NCBI GenBank assembly: GCA_951406725.2
Contig: OX597836.1
Span: 372,001 to 436,000, forward strand
DNA from: Octopus vulgaris
Lineage: Eukaryota
Length of the DNA stretch: 64,000 nt
Reading direction: 5' to 3'
Part shown: positions 13,600-27,336 of the stretch, piece by piece
How positions within the stretch are numbered: position 1 is the first letter of the stretch
Layout: each line of letters starts with the position of its first letter
Position numbers and translations under genes: made by a program
Notes under the pieces: generated by a model
The model's database searches: none
Told to the model about the DNA's origin: nothing
The model's input: the letters and a program-made list of their open reading frames with translations, nothing else

Positions 13600-14400
13600 C
13601 TTATCAGTCAGAAACTGGGACGAGGCACAACTGTTAAGGGACAAACAATGACAAAGGCTGCTTGGTGCAAACTTTTACAGATTGCTTCCTCTCAGCCCAT
13701 TTCTGAGTAAGACCGCCTCCTCCCTGCTTCTTATCTCATTTCTATTGTGGTCCACATGAAAGTCAGGGCTGAATCAGACCTCAAGTATTTAATCAGTGCA
13801 TTGGTTCAACACCTCCAGATTCTATCAAAGGCTATTGACTTACTTCTCCGGTTGCCTAGCTACAAATCCACCAAATCCATGTCTGGGTCATGTTTGTCCC
13901 TGCCACCACCTTATATTCCTTCAGAATAGTATTATCTGCCTCCACTTGGGTAGTGCTTGATACCATGATGGTGATGTCGTCTACATACCATCAGCATGGC
14001 CTTCCTGTCCTATTTAAATAAGGCTGTCCTTCAACAACTCTAGCTTCTGCAGCAGTGGTTTGGAAGCCAGCATGTTCAGAATCAGATATGAAAGGGCAGC
14101 ATTCCTGTGGACCAAGCATGCAACATGAAACAGTTTCAGGAGGCAGCCATTTACATTGACCACCAAGCAGATGCTTCTCTGCATTACAGCAATCCAGACT
14201 CTAAAAATGGGCCTAAATCCAACTGCTTTCAGTACAGTTGCCAGGCAATTAAGGTTAATCCCATCAAATATTCTTCACTGATCTAAATTGATCAGGATCA
14301 CACTGAAGCCTGCCTAATTTCTAACTCTCTCTCTCTGATGTATATGTTACCTCTTCTGGGCTCAAAACACTAGGAATTTTCCTGGTCTGCTGCTAATTAT
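13600..14400 (-). mobile_element. Degenerate Tx1/L1-like reverse transcriptase fragment
   Basis: - strand reads PLLQKLE...YVDDITIMVSS...LKEYKVVAG, RT motifs around YxDD. Confidence 0.6.
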
Positions 14401-14771
14401 GGTTAAAATCCAGCAAGAGTTCATTAAGTGATAATGGCTCTGTGATTATGAAGTTTGCTGGTCAAAGGCAAAGGTTCAAGGTCAAAAAGTTCACAAACTT
14501 GTAGATCAAAGTTTGATCCCACTGTACAACAACTTGGGCAAGATGTCTTTTACTACACCCTTAGGTTGAGTAATGCTAAAGTAGCAGGGCAGATAGAAAA
14601 ATAAAAATCCTTGAAGGTGGTACCCCAGTGTGTCCCCAGTTGAAATTAGACTGAAATTAAAATAAATAATTAAATAAAAAAAATAAAGAATAATAAATAA
14701 TTTTTGGATAAAATATTTTTGTCAGTTCAGAATGTATTTAAAGGCATTACAGCCATGACCATCCTATGTTT

Positions 14772-14813
<42 letters not shown>

Positions 14814-15171
14814 TGTGGGTGTGTGTGTGTGCATGTGCATGCACATGTGTGTGCACATACATAAATATATATTATATATACATACTATATATATTATTAT
14901 AAATAAGGGTATCCAAGAGATACCACCATGCTTGAAATAGCAGTCAAAATCTGACTCTAAAACCCACATCAAATGTTCAATACAGCACAAGGTGAAAAGA
15001 CAAATAGATGAATAAAATAGTAAAATCCGGGACCCCATTACTAGGAAAATTCCCGTAAGCAAGCACCTAGACCAATGCTCCATAGGCATAAACCCTAAAT
15101 ACCAAATTTTCCCCTTCTATCAGTGCACTGGAAGCACTTCAACCCAATTCCATTTAAATAAGGGAAACATG

Positions 15172-17149
15172 GGGGAGACCGGGGTTAGTTGATTACATTT
15201 TTTACATTTTCACTGACAGAGCAATACTATTCAATGTATTCTACTGCATCTTGTATTACACGCATAAATCAACCACAGCAGAAGACTTACAAAGCTAGAG
15301 ATCTCATCTGCTTATTGTCTGGATTTATATTTTGTGCATTTTCTAAGACCACTTAAATGTGTCAACTTGCCCCGATACTGGGACAAGTCTGATGCATAAG
15401 TCAGCCCCTCAATACTAAGGTGGGAATCATGATTGTCCAGCAAGAAAAGGCACAGTGACTGCTTTGAACATTTCACATTCCTCACAAAGTGTTGAAGGAA
15501 TTTCATAAACTGCTCTTCACACATCCAACCAGATGGATTAGCATCTCCATCGCTGCTTGATGGTCCATTGTTCAGGAAATGTGGCCTAAAGTTCTTCCGG
15601 GGAAAAACAAAAAACAGTGCTATGCTGTTTCTAGCAGCATTTACACAGCATGCCAATGTGACCAGGGTTCCCCTCTCTGCACTTGTCATTTTCCCCACTT
15701 GCTTTGTTTCTTTTCTGGCAATAATTCTATCGGGGCGCTGCACAGTTTTTATGCCAGTTTCATCCATGTTGTAGATATTGAATGGATCAAATTTATACCA
15801 AAGTATCACCTCAGCAAGTTGGATGAAAAACATAGCAACATTTGTGTTGTTGAAACTTGTTGCTCGTGCCAAGCTTGTTGCCTGTGGACTTCTTATGGAT
15901 AAATTCTTGTGTCGAAGATATCCAGAGAACCAGTCTTCTCCTACCATTTCTGTCTCATGCCAGGTTGGAGGGATATTACATCCATGTGCCTTTGCCATCT
16001 GAAAAGCCAATTTCCGCACATCCTTTGGAGCAAGCCCATAGTAAATTTCTGCGGCAGCCAAAATATAAGCCTCTAACTGATTTTCAAACTCGTCGGTGAG
16101 AACTTGCCATGGCTTTTTGTATCCACTAAGACTGTGATTGTTGTTGTTTGCTTCAGTGGCCTTGGTGCAGTAGCAAGACAGATTTTAAAGGGATGCCAAA
16201 TGTTCTCGAAGCTTCCTGCAAGGAGATGACACGAGCTTGGACCTGTTGAATAGCCTGTTGGATTACATCCTATGGAAGGGTTGCCCTCTCGCTTTTGCAT
16301 TTGTAGTGTCGCACCATGACAATTGTAGATCTAGGTCTGTAAAGAGAGAGAGAGGGAGAAAAAAAAGCAATTTAGCTCATTGCATAATCCAACAGTGAAA
16401 GCAAAACGAAGCTCTGAGTGTTTACCTACTTTTTAGTTTCAAGCATGCCTGGTCACGGCATAACTTCATGTTTATATATCAGTGGTACAGGTTACAAAGC
16501 TGAGGTAGTATACAAGCTGTTGACTAAATAGGTAGCGGTATGAAGATAGAATAGGTTGGTATAGATAAAGATAGCTGATCTAAAACTATAGCAAGCAATA
16601 CATAAATTACTCAATGAATTGATCCAATGTACCAGACATGAATCAAATAGCAAATACTCTGAGTTAAAATGGGAGAGACACAATCTGTGAATCAATGGAA
16701 GCAACCTACAACAACTTTATCAAAGGCTGGGGCAAGCTGACACACTGTGTCAATGTTCTCTTGTTTACATGTGTCAACTTGCCCCGACTCCATTTTCCTC
16801 GTAAATGTAAACACTGGGAGAAAACCACTAGGGTTTCGCAAGAATCCCTTTGTATAGGGTCGTGAGAGATATTTTACTAACTCCTTAAGGTTTAATACAC
16901 ATAATGCAGTCTTAAACAATATCCGAAATAACTAATTATCAAAAATGTTGAAAACTTACCAAGTGGATATTTCTAATGTTGTCTGCGTGGAGCAGACAAA
17001 CTCTCACAACGGCGACGAAATCAAATGAGGGGGAAGCTTATACCAACAGCACTACTATGATGTCATTAAATTGTCCGAAAGTAGTTTCGCATTTTCTCTA
17101 GAGAAAATGTGTCAACTTGTCCCTGTAGTCAACTTGCCCTGGTCTCCCC
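15172..17149 (-). mobile_element. pogo/Tigger-like (CENP-B HTH + DDE_1) DNA transposon, internally deleted, both TIRs present
   Basis: TIRs ggggagaccggggttagttga / tcaacttgccctggtctcccc followed by TA; ORF motifs YNMDETG, SAERG, SGWM, LLDNHDSH; start MVRHYKCKSER at 16317. Confidence 0.9.
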
Positions 17150-18053
17150 TACTGGTTAAAAAATATAAACCATAGCTGAATATCCTTTAGAAAGAAGAAA
17201 AAGCAGTAAAAAGAACAGAAAAAGACTCAATTTCAACACAAAAATCAACCAGGAACAACAAAAAAATTCTTTTAAGAAACTTTAGTAACAATCTTCCACC
17301 CAGGTTCTGAAACCGCAACTCCAAATCACCTTACAAACACCAGTTGTTGACATCACCCATCTTCAGTCCAATGAAATTCTAGAAACACCAGTTGCTGGTG
17401 TCACCTAACTCCAGACCAACCAAAACCGAACTTCAGTGAATACAAGGAAATGACCATTTAAGAGAACCAACCAACCGGAACGACTTATGGCCATATCCAC
17501 AAGGAAACCAACCAAGCAGAATGACAAACTTGTCCAAGAGAAAAAAAAAGTCACCAGTATTTTAACAAATCAAAAATCAAATCTGCTCGTGGAAAAAATC
17601 ATAAATTCATCTGATCCCAAAACATACCACTACAAATGAAAGCATCTACTAGAAGAGGATCAGAGAAACTGTAAACCAAATTCCCTTTTTTACTATTTTC
17701 ATTTCACACTTGTTTTTTCAGTATGACTTGTCGATCACCACAAAAATTAATGAACTTTGTACATTCAAACAAATTGATATACAGTTTTAATTTTATTGAC
17801 TGCTGTGAACATTCAGACTTACATCTTCTATTTTGAACATTTCAATTCATCTGTTTTGAAACATTTTAATTTGTCAACATTGAAACTTTTAAAGATGTTT
17901 TTCTAATTTTAAACTTTTACCATTGATAAACAAAAAATATTGTTGAAACTAGTTTGGTATATATGTAAATAAATGTATTTTAAACATTTACGAGTTTTTG
18001 AAATTTAGGTGCATTACCAACAACACATTTTCCAATATATATATATATATATA

Positions 18054-18264
18054 TTCTCTTTTACTCTTTTACTTGTTTCAGTCATTTGACTGCGGCCATG
18101 CTGGAGCACCGCCTTTAATCGAACAACTCGACCCCGGGACTTATTCTTTTGTAAGCCCAGTACTTATTCTATCGGTCTCTTTTGCCGAACCGCTAAGTAA
18201 CGGGGACATAAACACACCAGCATCGGTTGTCAAGCAATGCTAGGGGACAAACACAGACACATAA

Positions 18265-18311
<47 letters not shown>

Positions 18312-18476
18312 TACGATGGGCTTCTTTCAGTTTCCATCTACCAAATCCACTCACAAAGCCTTGGTCGGCCCGAGGCTATAGTAGAAGACACTTGCCCAAG
18401 GTGCCACGCAGTGGGACTGAACCCGGAACCATGTGGTTGGTAGACAAGCTACTTACCACACAGCCACTCCTGCGCC

Positions 18477-18477
<1 letters not shown>
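18054..18477 (-). mobile_element. Full-length young SINE family B (tRNA head, CORE-like ccttgggcaagtg, internal microsatellite, CR1-like tail)
   Basis: - strand ggcgcaggagtggctgtgtggtaag...ggttccgggttcagtccc...ggcaccttgggcaagtg; degenerate copies at ~22290-22730 and ~55260-55570, partial at ~62800-62950. Confidence 0.88.
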
Positions 18478-18511
<34 letters not shown>

Positions 18512-18686
18512 GTATGTATGCATGCATGCATGCATGTATGTATGTATGTATGTATGTATGTTTGTATGTATGTATGTATATACATACATGCCCACACACC
18601 CATACCAGCCTGAAAGGCAGATGTTAAACAATGATGATACTGATATGTAAATTTGTTTTATAATAAAATAATCATTCTTTTCTCAG

Positions 18687-18805
18687 TGAAATCTTAAAAA
18701 CCCGTGATGGTGGTCGCATTCAAATAGATTGGTTAGAAAATCAAAATCCAGACCATCCTGACCCAGCAAAGCGTCCTACAGTTATACTTTTACCTGGATT
18801 AACAG
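18687..18805 (+). CDS. ABHD3: ABHD3-like coding exon (EILKTRDGGRIQIDWLENQNPDHPDPAKRPTVILLPGLT)
   Basis: ttttctcag acceptor, G|gtaat donor; phases fit neighbours; DGG..xDW and LPGLTG motifs of the ABHD1/2/3 family. Confidence 0.95.
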
Positions 18806-19679
18806 GTAATTATCTACACTTTTACCTTTTTTGATGCTGTAATTTAGCCATATTTATACACATATATATATGCACACACTGGAAGCTGATTATGATAATC
18901 ATGGATATTATTATCAATTGATTATTATCAAAATTAGTGGATTTCAACCCTGCTTAGGATAGTTATATCTTCTGCTTTATGTTATCTTTCAGCTATCGTT
19001 ATCAAAAAGGAAACATCCCAACATATTTACAATGAATGTTTTCTAATATATGTGTGTGCATGCATGTGTATATAAATGTGTGTGTGTGTGTGTATAATAT
19101 ATATATATACTAGTGAGACCTAAAGATAGTCGTTCATCTGCTACTCATTGAAAAGCAAAAGAATACAATGATTACTTTATGCACTATCTTATTAGACATA
19201 AGACACAGTACTCATCAAATAAATATTCCATTTCCCCCATAAACAAACAAAACGAATGCCATACATATGATACAACCTTTAGTTGAGTTGCATATATATC
19301 TGCTACATAAACAAGCGTGAAAATGCCCTGGAATTGCACTTATGTCTATGAGTAAAGTGACAGGTGATATAAAAAAACCAAAAAACAATTCAATTAAACC
19401 AAAAAACCATTTTCACTATTCACTCACCTCTCTCTCCCATCTCTTCCCCTCCTCTCTCTCTCTTTCTCTCTGCCTTTAACCTCACCATCAGAACGATCCT
19501 CCTCTACCTTCAACTAACTTTTTTAACCATGTAACAAATACCATGTTCCTCCTACCTCACATCATGGACGCTTCTCTCTCCCTCTTTTTCTCTCTCCCAC
19601 TTTTCTTTCTCCCACTTTTACTCTAATTGTGTGAAAGCGTTACTGACAGCCTAAGTAATGCAATGACAAGCAGAATTAT

Positions 19680-20130
19680 TACATCATCATCATCATCATC
19701 ATTTAACTTCGTTTTCCATGCTAGCATGGGTTGGACTGTTCGACTGGGTTCTGGTAAGCCATGGAGGCTGCACCATGCTCCAGTCTGATCTGGCAGTGTT
19801 TCTACAGCTGGATGCCCATCCTATCGCCAACCACTCCATGAGTGTAGTGGGTGTTTTTTACGAGCCACTGGCACAGGGGCCAGAGCAGGCTGGCAAATGG
19901 CCATGATCAGTTGGTGCTTTTACGTGTCACCGACATGGACACCAGTCAGGCAGTGCTGGCATCTGCCACGTTTGGATGGTGCTTTTCACGTGTCACTGGC
20001 ACGGGTGTCTTAACTACAATTTCCATTTGATTTTTATTTTGATGTTGACATACTTGACTCAATAGGTCTCCTCAAGAACAGTGGGTCACTCTATGATCCA
20101 AGGTTAGCACAGCAGGCCATCCTGCGAACC
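19680..20130 (-). mobile_element. Non-autonomous retroelement ending in cccatgc..gcatggaaa..(GAT)n
   Basis: Same 3' end recurs at ~2750-2790, 28680-28730, 37760-37800, 43490-43555. Confidence 0.6.
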
Positions 20131-20131
20131 A

Positions 20132-20222
<91 letters not shown>

Positions 20223-20373
20223 TGAAAGAAAAAAGAACAAAATGGAAACATAACTTCAATAATCCCTAACATATATCAATGACCTTCACATTATATGATA
20301 GGGATTAACTAGTGGAGTACCTTGGATTATTTAATCCCTAATGGGGATATAACCTCCTTGAATCAACTCTCTT

Positions 20374-20429
<56 letters not shown>

Positions 20430-20539
20430 TAGTTATAAAGATATATATATAAATATATAATATGTGTGTGTGTGCATGTGCGCATATATATGTGTGTATA
20501 TGTATACATCTATATGTGTGGGTGTATATGTATACATAT

Positions 20540-20960
20540 AGAGGGTGTGGTGAATAAAGTGTCATCTAAATTGCACAAAAAGGAAAATAAAACTGACATC
20601 TCATTTTAACAGATATATTTACCAAAATTACATAAAAGTATTTTGAAATATTAAAGGGTAAATTTATTCAATAAAATCGCCATTGGTCTCCAGGCGACTT
20701 CAGAATCTCCTTCAACTCTTCTGGACGGTCTCCTTGTTTAAGGTGGTGAATGCTGACGTAATCCTTGCCTTCAGTTAATTTTTGGTGTTACAAGGAGTTT
20801 TGTTGGCTCCTTTTTCAACTGTGCCCCACACATAATCAGGGTTTTGCAGTCTGGAAAGTTACGTGGTCAGATGTTGGGGGTGATGTGGTCACAGAAATTG
20901 TCTGACAGCCATGGACTGGATTCTCCTGCTTGTGTGGCATGGTGCAGAATCCTGTTACCA
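20540..20960 (-). mobile_element. 3' part of a Tc1/mariner-superfamily element related to 903-1660
   Basis: QDSAPCHTSRR, WLSDNFCDHITPNI motifs; terminus ta|gagggtg... Confidence 0.65.
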
Positions 20961-22504
20961 GGGAGAGTGAAAGAAAGAGTGGGAGAAAGGGAGAGAGAAA
21001 GGCAGAGAGAGATGGGAAGAGAAAGGGAAGGGGAGAGGGAGAAAGAGAGAGAGAGAGAGAGAACGAGGTTATATGATGTTGGTGAGCAGAGGTTTGTTAA
21101 TGAGTCAGTTTGCCGTTTTTGAATGAGTTCAACAATGTTTGTATCTGTAGAAGTTACCGCCAGCCAGCCAGCCATGTGAACCGTACTGTCATGGGGGTGG
21201 GTGGGGAGTGACACTTGTATCTTGTCTAGGGCAGACATCTAGCAAACGAGAATTACATAATCAGTTACTCCAATTCATGTATAAAACTAGAGACATTTAT
21301 GGACGGTCAGTTGAAGCTAGCATTGGGAAAGGGAATGTAAAGCTATAATCACAAATGTCTCAATTATAAAAATTTGAGTAATTAACTAATTAGTATATTT
21401 TATCTGAAGTTTTTCAATCTGTCAGTTTCTTAATGATTAGTCTGAAGTATTATATAATTAACTCTAATTTTTATACATTGGTATAGTTGCACTATTTTTT
21501 TTTAATCATCTTTAATTTCTATCTATTTGTCAGTGAGCTGTTTGTTATTCCATAAATACTATATCTTGTTCAATTTACATCATTTGTGCACTTACAGCCA
21601 AAAAGCCGTGGCTGTTTTTTGGAATATGTCCAATAGATGTTTAAGAATTTCCATTTAGCCTCTAGAACGAACTAGAGTATATTACACTTATAGCAGACAA
21701 CAGCTCTGACATGTCTTGTAAAGAAGAGTAGCTCTCCGGATACCAATGTTCACTTACTTTGTACAGGATATAAAAATAACTTTGGCAATATTGCTATTGA
21801 TTTTAGATGTAGGCCAACACTATAATATATCGGAAGGAAAATGTTTCTTTTTGTCAGATTTCTTAGATTAAACTGAACATGGTGCTCTAGGCCAAATATT
21901 ATTATCGAGAAAAATTTTCAAAAAATAAATTTCCTTCACATTCAAACTGTTGATATTTTCTGTAACTAATATTTCTTTATTTATAGTCTATTAAGAAAAT
22001 TATGATTTAAGAAAGGAGCCTCTGTGTGGTCATTCAATCTGCTAGAAATAGTAATGAAATCTCCCGCAAATCACACCCTACTATCTTCATAAAAGTACAC
22101 ATTAGATAATATAGATGCACTATACTTGGGATGGTCATGGTTAGAATGCTTTTAATCATAGGTCTACTTGTTCATAACTGATTTGGGACTAAAAAAATAC
22201 AAAATTGCTAAATTCTGTTCTTGTTATGAGATTTCATTTATGGTTTTCCCAAAGGAATAACAGGGAACCAATAGGCAGATTATATTTGATCTTTTATCTT
22301 TTACTTGTTTCAATCATTGGACTGCAGACATGTGGGTGGGGGGGGGGGATGCACCATCTTGAAGGATTTAGCTGAAGAAATCAACCCCAGTACTTATTTC
22401 TAAGTCTGGTACTTTTCTATCAGTCTCTTGCCAAACTGTTAAATCACAGCGAAGTAAACAAACCAACACTGGTTGCCAAGCAATAATAGTGGGACAAAAA
22501 CATG

Positions 22505-22572
<68 letters not shown>

Positions 22573-23169
22573 ATGGCCTTCTGTGCAGTTTCTGTCTCCC
22601 AAATTCACTGATAGGGTATTCATTGACCTGGGGCTAAAATAGAAATTACTTGCCTAAGGTGCTGTACTTTGGGATTGAACCCAAAACCATGTTGCTGCAA
22701 AGCGAGCTTCTTAACCACACAGCCATGCCTATAAAACAGAATAAGAGTGTAAAGGCCTCCTCAACTCTGAAGAAACTTTTGCTGTGGTTTAGCCCCCAAT
22801 GAGCCCTATTTCAGCAGACCTGTTATCAAGAGTTTTCCAGCCATGCTCTGCTTTTCTTTGCTTTAAATAGTGTATCAAGTGTCACATCATCCAATGTGCC
22901 CCCCACTTTTGTTTAAATCAGTATAGTATGATTTGAAGGATATTTGGTTATTATTTCTAGCAGATCAGGTCATTATGTAAAGGTTCCTCCTTGTTAGCTT
23001 ATGGAGACTTGTCTTTTATTTTCCTCAGAAAAACGAAATGTAAAGTCGACCTTGGTAGGATTTGAACTCAGAGCATAAAGTATTGTAAACAAGATCCTCT
23101 CCGACTTGCATAACACAATGTTATGCAAATTTATTTTCCTGTGGTAAAAAAGATCCTTCTGGTCCTCCT

Positions 23170-23475
23170 TGAATTATGATGATGGATGTTCCAGTTGATC
23201 CGATCAATGGAACAGCTTGCTCAGGAAATAAGGTACAAATGGCGAAGTGCTCCACAGACATTTGTAATCTGAATCTAGTTTTTCAGAGAGATTCAGTGAC
23301 ACACAGAATGCGACAAGGTTGGCCCTTTGAATTAATTTGAATTGCTACTTTGCCAGCTGAGTGAATTGTAGCAACATGAAATAAAGTGTCTTGCTTAAGG
23401 ACACAACATGTCGCCAGGTATCTGACTCATAATCTTACAATTGTGAGCCAAATACCTGCATTACTAGGCCGGGCA
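23170..23475 (-). mobile_element. Degenerate SINE of another family
   Basis: - strand has decayed tRNA-like head then gttgtgtccttaagcaagacacttta, a typical SINE post-head motif. Confidence 0.55.
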
Positions 23476-25093
23476 AGTTCACAGGACAAAAATATTTGTG
23501 CACTTAATATATAAGAAGAATTATTAGCTGCAACATTGTTTAAGGCTGCTATCCATTTCTGTCGCATTAATTTCTTGGCCGCAAAACACATGTGTATGTG
23601 TGTGTGTTTGTGTGTATGTGTGTGCACATGCACACATGTGTAGCCAAGCAGAAACAGTGGTTAGAATAATAATTAGAGCTGCAAGCTGGCTGAATCATTA
23701 GCACACGGGGGGAAATGCTTAGTGGTTTTTTTGTCTGTCTTTACATTCTGAGTTCAAATTCTGTCAAGGTTGATTTTGCCTCTCACCTCTTCAGGGTTGA
23801 TAAAATAAGTACCAAGCAAGTGCTAGGGTCAATTACATCAACTTATCCCTTCTTCCAATATTGCTGGCCTTGTGCTAACATTTGAAATCAATATTAGCTG
23901 TGAATAGATGGAAATATTGGAGTGTTAGATGAAATGCTTTGTGGTATTTGTTGTGATTCTTTGCCGGGGTTAGCCTTGCTTTCCATTTTTCAGGGGTTGA
24001 TAAGTAAGTATGAAGGTGATGGAATTGATAGGGCTTCAGATAGACTGCATTGTGATATTTGTTCTTACTCTTTGTGTTTGGAGTTCAAATCTTGTGGATT
24101 ATGTGGGTGATAGATTAAAACTGTTGCCCAGTTGAACACCACAATTTGGCCGTTGGGTTCCTTTAGTAGATATGCTGTAAGTATTCTGGCTAAGACTCCA
24201 GTTGAGGATACTATCCTCCCTCTCTTCCACCAGTCATAGGGACTTCGACGTTGGTCATTGGGACTGCCCTTCCTTCTTGACTAAGCAATAAATAAAGAAA
24301 GCCCATAAAGATGAATGATAACACTAACGTTGGCGAGATTTGAACTTAGAAAATCCTTTTGATTTTGACTGAATACGTCTTATGTGCACGAATGCCATAG
24401 AATTTCAATTTCATTTTTCATTAATGTATATCTTTATTTCTAATATTCCTTGGAAGGAAATCAATTATGTGTTTTATTTCAAGTAGATTTATAAAAGACA
24501 TTTGGAAGGAGATTATAAAGAAACAGGTTTTAGATTATAAATGAATTTTGGAATTATTTGCTGCTAAACAGCAAAATCTGGTGAAGCAATTTCGATTTCT
24601 TCCTTCAAATAATAATCTTTAGCTGAGTCATTAACATCTTTGTTTATTTTTTGCATTGTCAATTTCTCTTTTGCATTGTCAATTAATTCTTCCACTTTAA
24701 AGAAATGAAGAATCCAATAAAACAAAAATAAAATAGAAGTACACAAAACAGAATATAAAATAATGAAATTAATTCAAATTCAAAACTAACTATTCTAAAT
24801 TCTTTAAATTCTTTACAGTTCTGTCTATTTGGTAGCATGACATTGTCACATTCCTGTTCTGAGTTCAAATTCTGCCACAGTTGACTTTGATGAAATGTGT
24901 TTCAGCCATGACCTTCCTGTCTGTTTTGTTTCTTTTTTTTTAAAACAGTGTATATCTAGGAGTACATTATCTGACAGGTTTCTTTTTTTTTTAAACAGTA
25001 GAGTGTACTTTGAATGAAATTTGGTTCCTCTTTCTAGCAAATTAAGCAACTGTGCAGAGGTTCACTTATCCTATCTTAACTTTGCTCTTAAAA

Positions 25094-25991
25094 TCTATAT
25101 CTATAAAATCAATATTGAAAGATGCCACCAAAGAAAAGATGTAATCTCTCCAGAAACAACTATAATGCAAAGAGGATTGTAGAAAACTGAAGGCAAGAAT
25201 CTCAAGAGAGAAAGGAGATGGGACTTTCCCAAGATCAGCAAGGGCATGCTGCAGCACATTTTATGAAGTCTCAATACAGAAAGGAGATGAGACTTTCCCA
25301 AGATCAGCAAATGTATGCTGCAGCATGTCAAATGGAGTCTCAATACAGAAGGGAGATGAGACTTTCCCCAAATTTCCAGATGAAACTAATGGCATGCACT
25401 GTCAGCGCTACCAGCCTCTCTTCAACCTCTTATAGATCTTCTGGATGGCACTTACATCCAGTCAAAGGATTTTCTGAACAATATCAGGCAATACAACTCT
25501 GCATTTCAAACGACATCATTTGGTGCATCTAAGGAGATAGTTGAACATGGAATTACACCAATGTTCAGAGTCCAAGGGCAAGTGTATCACCTCATTGGTT
25601 CCCTGTTACCCACAAATGAACAACTACTCTTCCTCCAAATTTACTTCATGAGTGATGTAGGACAACAAACCCAAAGTAGGTGTCAAAACTTCAGATGATG
25701 GCTTGTGTTAGATGCAGCACTGACTGCTACAACGGAGTATATCCGCTGACAGCTTTTCGGTGCATTCAAAAGTCATATATCTTCCACCCTAAATTTCCAT
25801 GACAGGTTACGGCCTGGAATACTCCAAACAGGGGCATCACATGTCACTTAGTCAAATTAGCTCATCATTTACTCCACAGATGTTTTGTCATCAATGCTGC
25901 ACTTTCCCGTATCACCTGTTTCAACATAAATGTAATATATATACAAAATATATGCCATTTAATCCTGTGCAATGCTGAGCATCTCTGCTAG
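25094..25991 (+). mobile_element. Non-autonomous Helitron (internal deletion derivative)
   Basis: a|TCTATATCTATAAAA 5' end; CTAG|t 3' end; internal FLNNIRQYNSAFQTTSFGA...FRVQGQVYHLIGSLLP...FLQIYF typical of the Helitron Rep/helicase N-terminal region. Confidence 0.85.
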
Positions 25992-26007
25992 TAATTCATA
26001 TAATTCA

Positions 26008-26059
<52 letters not shown>

Positions 26060-26577
26060 TACACACTTCTTTTTGTTTAACTATGAATGCAAAGAGTAGT
26101 CAATGCTGTAAAGTAAATATTAAAGTGACCCTATACATACATACATACATACATACATACATACATACATGCATGCATGCATGCATGCAGGCATGCATGC
26201 AGGCAGGCAGGCAGGCAGGCAGAAAATTGGCCCAGAGTTAGTAGACTGCTGAATAGAATAGCTTGTGTTGTTCATTTTGGCTCTTTACACCCTGACTTAG
26301 TAAGCAATCAGGGTCAACTTTATCTTTCATCATTTTGGGGTCAATAAAGTATCAGTACAAAATAATGGATTGGCAGACTTGTTAGTCTTAGATGACATGC
26401 TTTGCCATATGCATTCTACCCTCTTTGGATTCTGATTTCAAATTCTGCCTCAGCGTGAATGGCCACCTAATCATGCAAGCACCTTATCATCCAATCTGCA
26501 ATTGGCTAAACTGGAGGGATAGGATTACAATTAGTATAGTTAAGCTCACAACAGCCTGAAGCTTCCTTCAGCAGTGG

Positions 26578-26617
<40 letters not shown>

Positions 26618-26760
26618 ACATACAAATACTTACATATATGCATGTATACACACATATATATGCATGCATACACATGACCAGTTTAAATTGCCTGTCTAAA
26701 CTCCATGTGCTCGTACACATATATGTGTGTATACTTGCGTATATGTAAGTATTTGTATGT

Positions 26761-26805
<45 letters not shown>

Positions 26806-27064
26806 GTATTTATGTAATATCTTGTGTATATTCCTCTGATGAAGCAAAGCATTTCTTATGCAAAGCTAGAGATCCGGGATTTGGAATTATCCAATAATTT
26901 TTTGCTAGTTTATTTTGTCTCTCTGTCTTCTCTCCTGGTGGTGTATGAATATCTGATGTGGTTTTAGAGTCAAGTTTTGACTGCTATCTCTAGCCACTTG
27001 ATATGATCGGTATTTAAAAAAAAACGATCTTATCCTTATTTATATAAATTTATATATACAAACA

Positions 27065-27292
27065 TATGAGGGATCAGGCTGAAAAGTTCCTGGCTTTGGC
27101 TCAAAGAAAATACAGGAGGATCAGTTAATTATGTTTTTCTGCAATACCTTCCTCCTCTCTGCTCCACACACTTATTACAGCAGCCCTTCAATTTTCTAAA
27201 CCCTGTAAAAGAACTTGGAAGGTTGGGCCTCCAATCAGGCCTTTCATGATACCCTTAAAGCCAGGATCTTTCCAGTACCCCTTCACCCCTTC

Positions 27293-27295
<3 letters not shown>
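27065..27295. mobile_element. Mariner-type MITE
   Basis: Imperfect TIRs gctgaaaagttcctggcttt / aaagccaggatctttccagt; TA at both ends; no ORF. Confidence 0.7.

Positions 27296-27336
<41 letters not shown>

Noticed and set aside
15312-16061. 249-aa DDE ORF as a domesticated host gene
   Set aside because: The N-terminus is disrupted, the C-terminal catalytic part is deleted and TIRs are retained, so it is a defective transposon.
19108-19685. Possible second Helitron-like element on the - strand (ACTAG at left end)
   Set aside because: No clear hairpin, 5' TC terminus or coding remnant could be confirmed.
25197-25370. Regularly spaced direct repeats resembling a CRISPR array
   Set aside because: They are contiguous, in-frame 69-nt coding repeats with no unique spacers, inside a Helitron in eukaryotic DNA with no cas genes.
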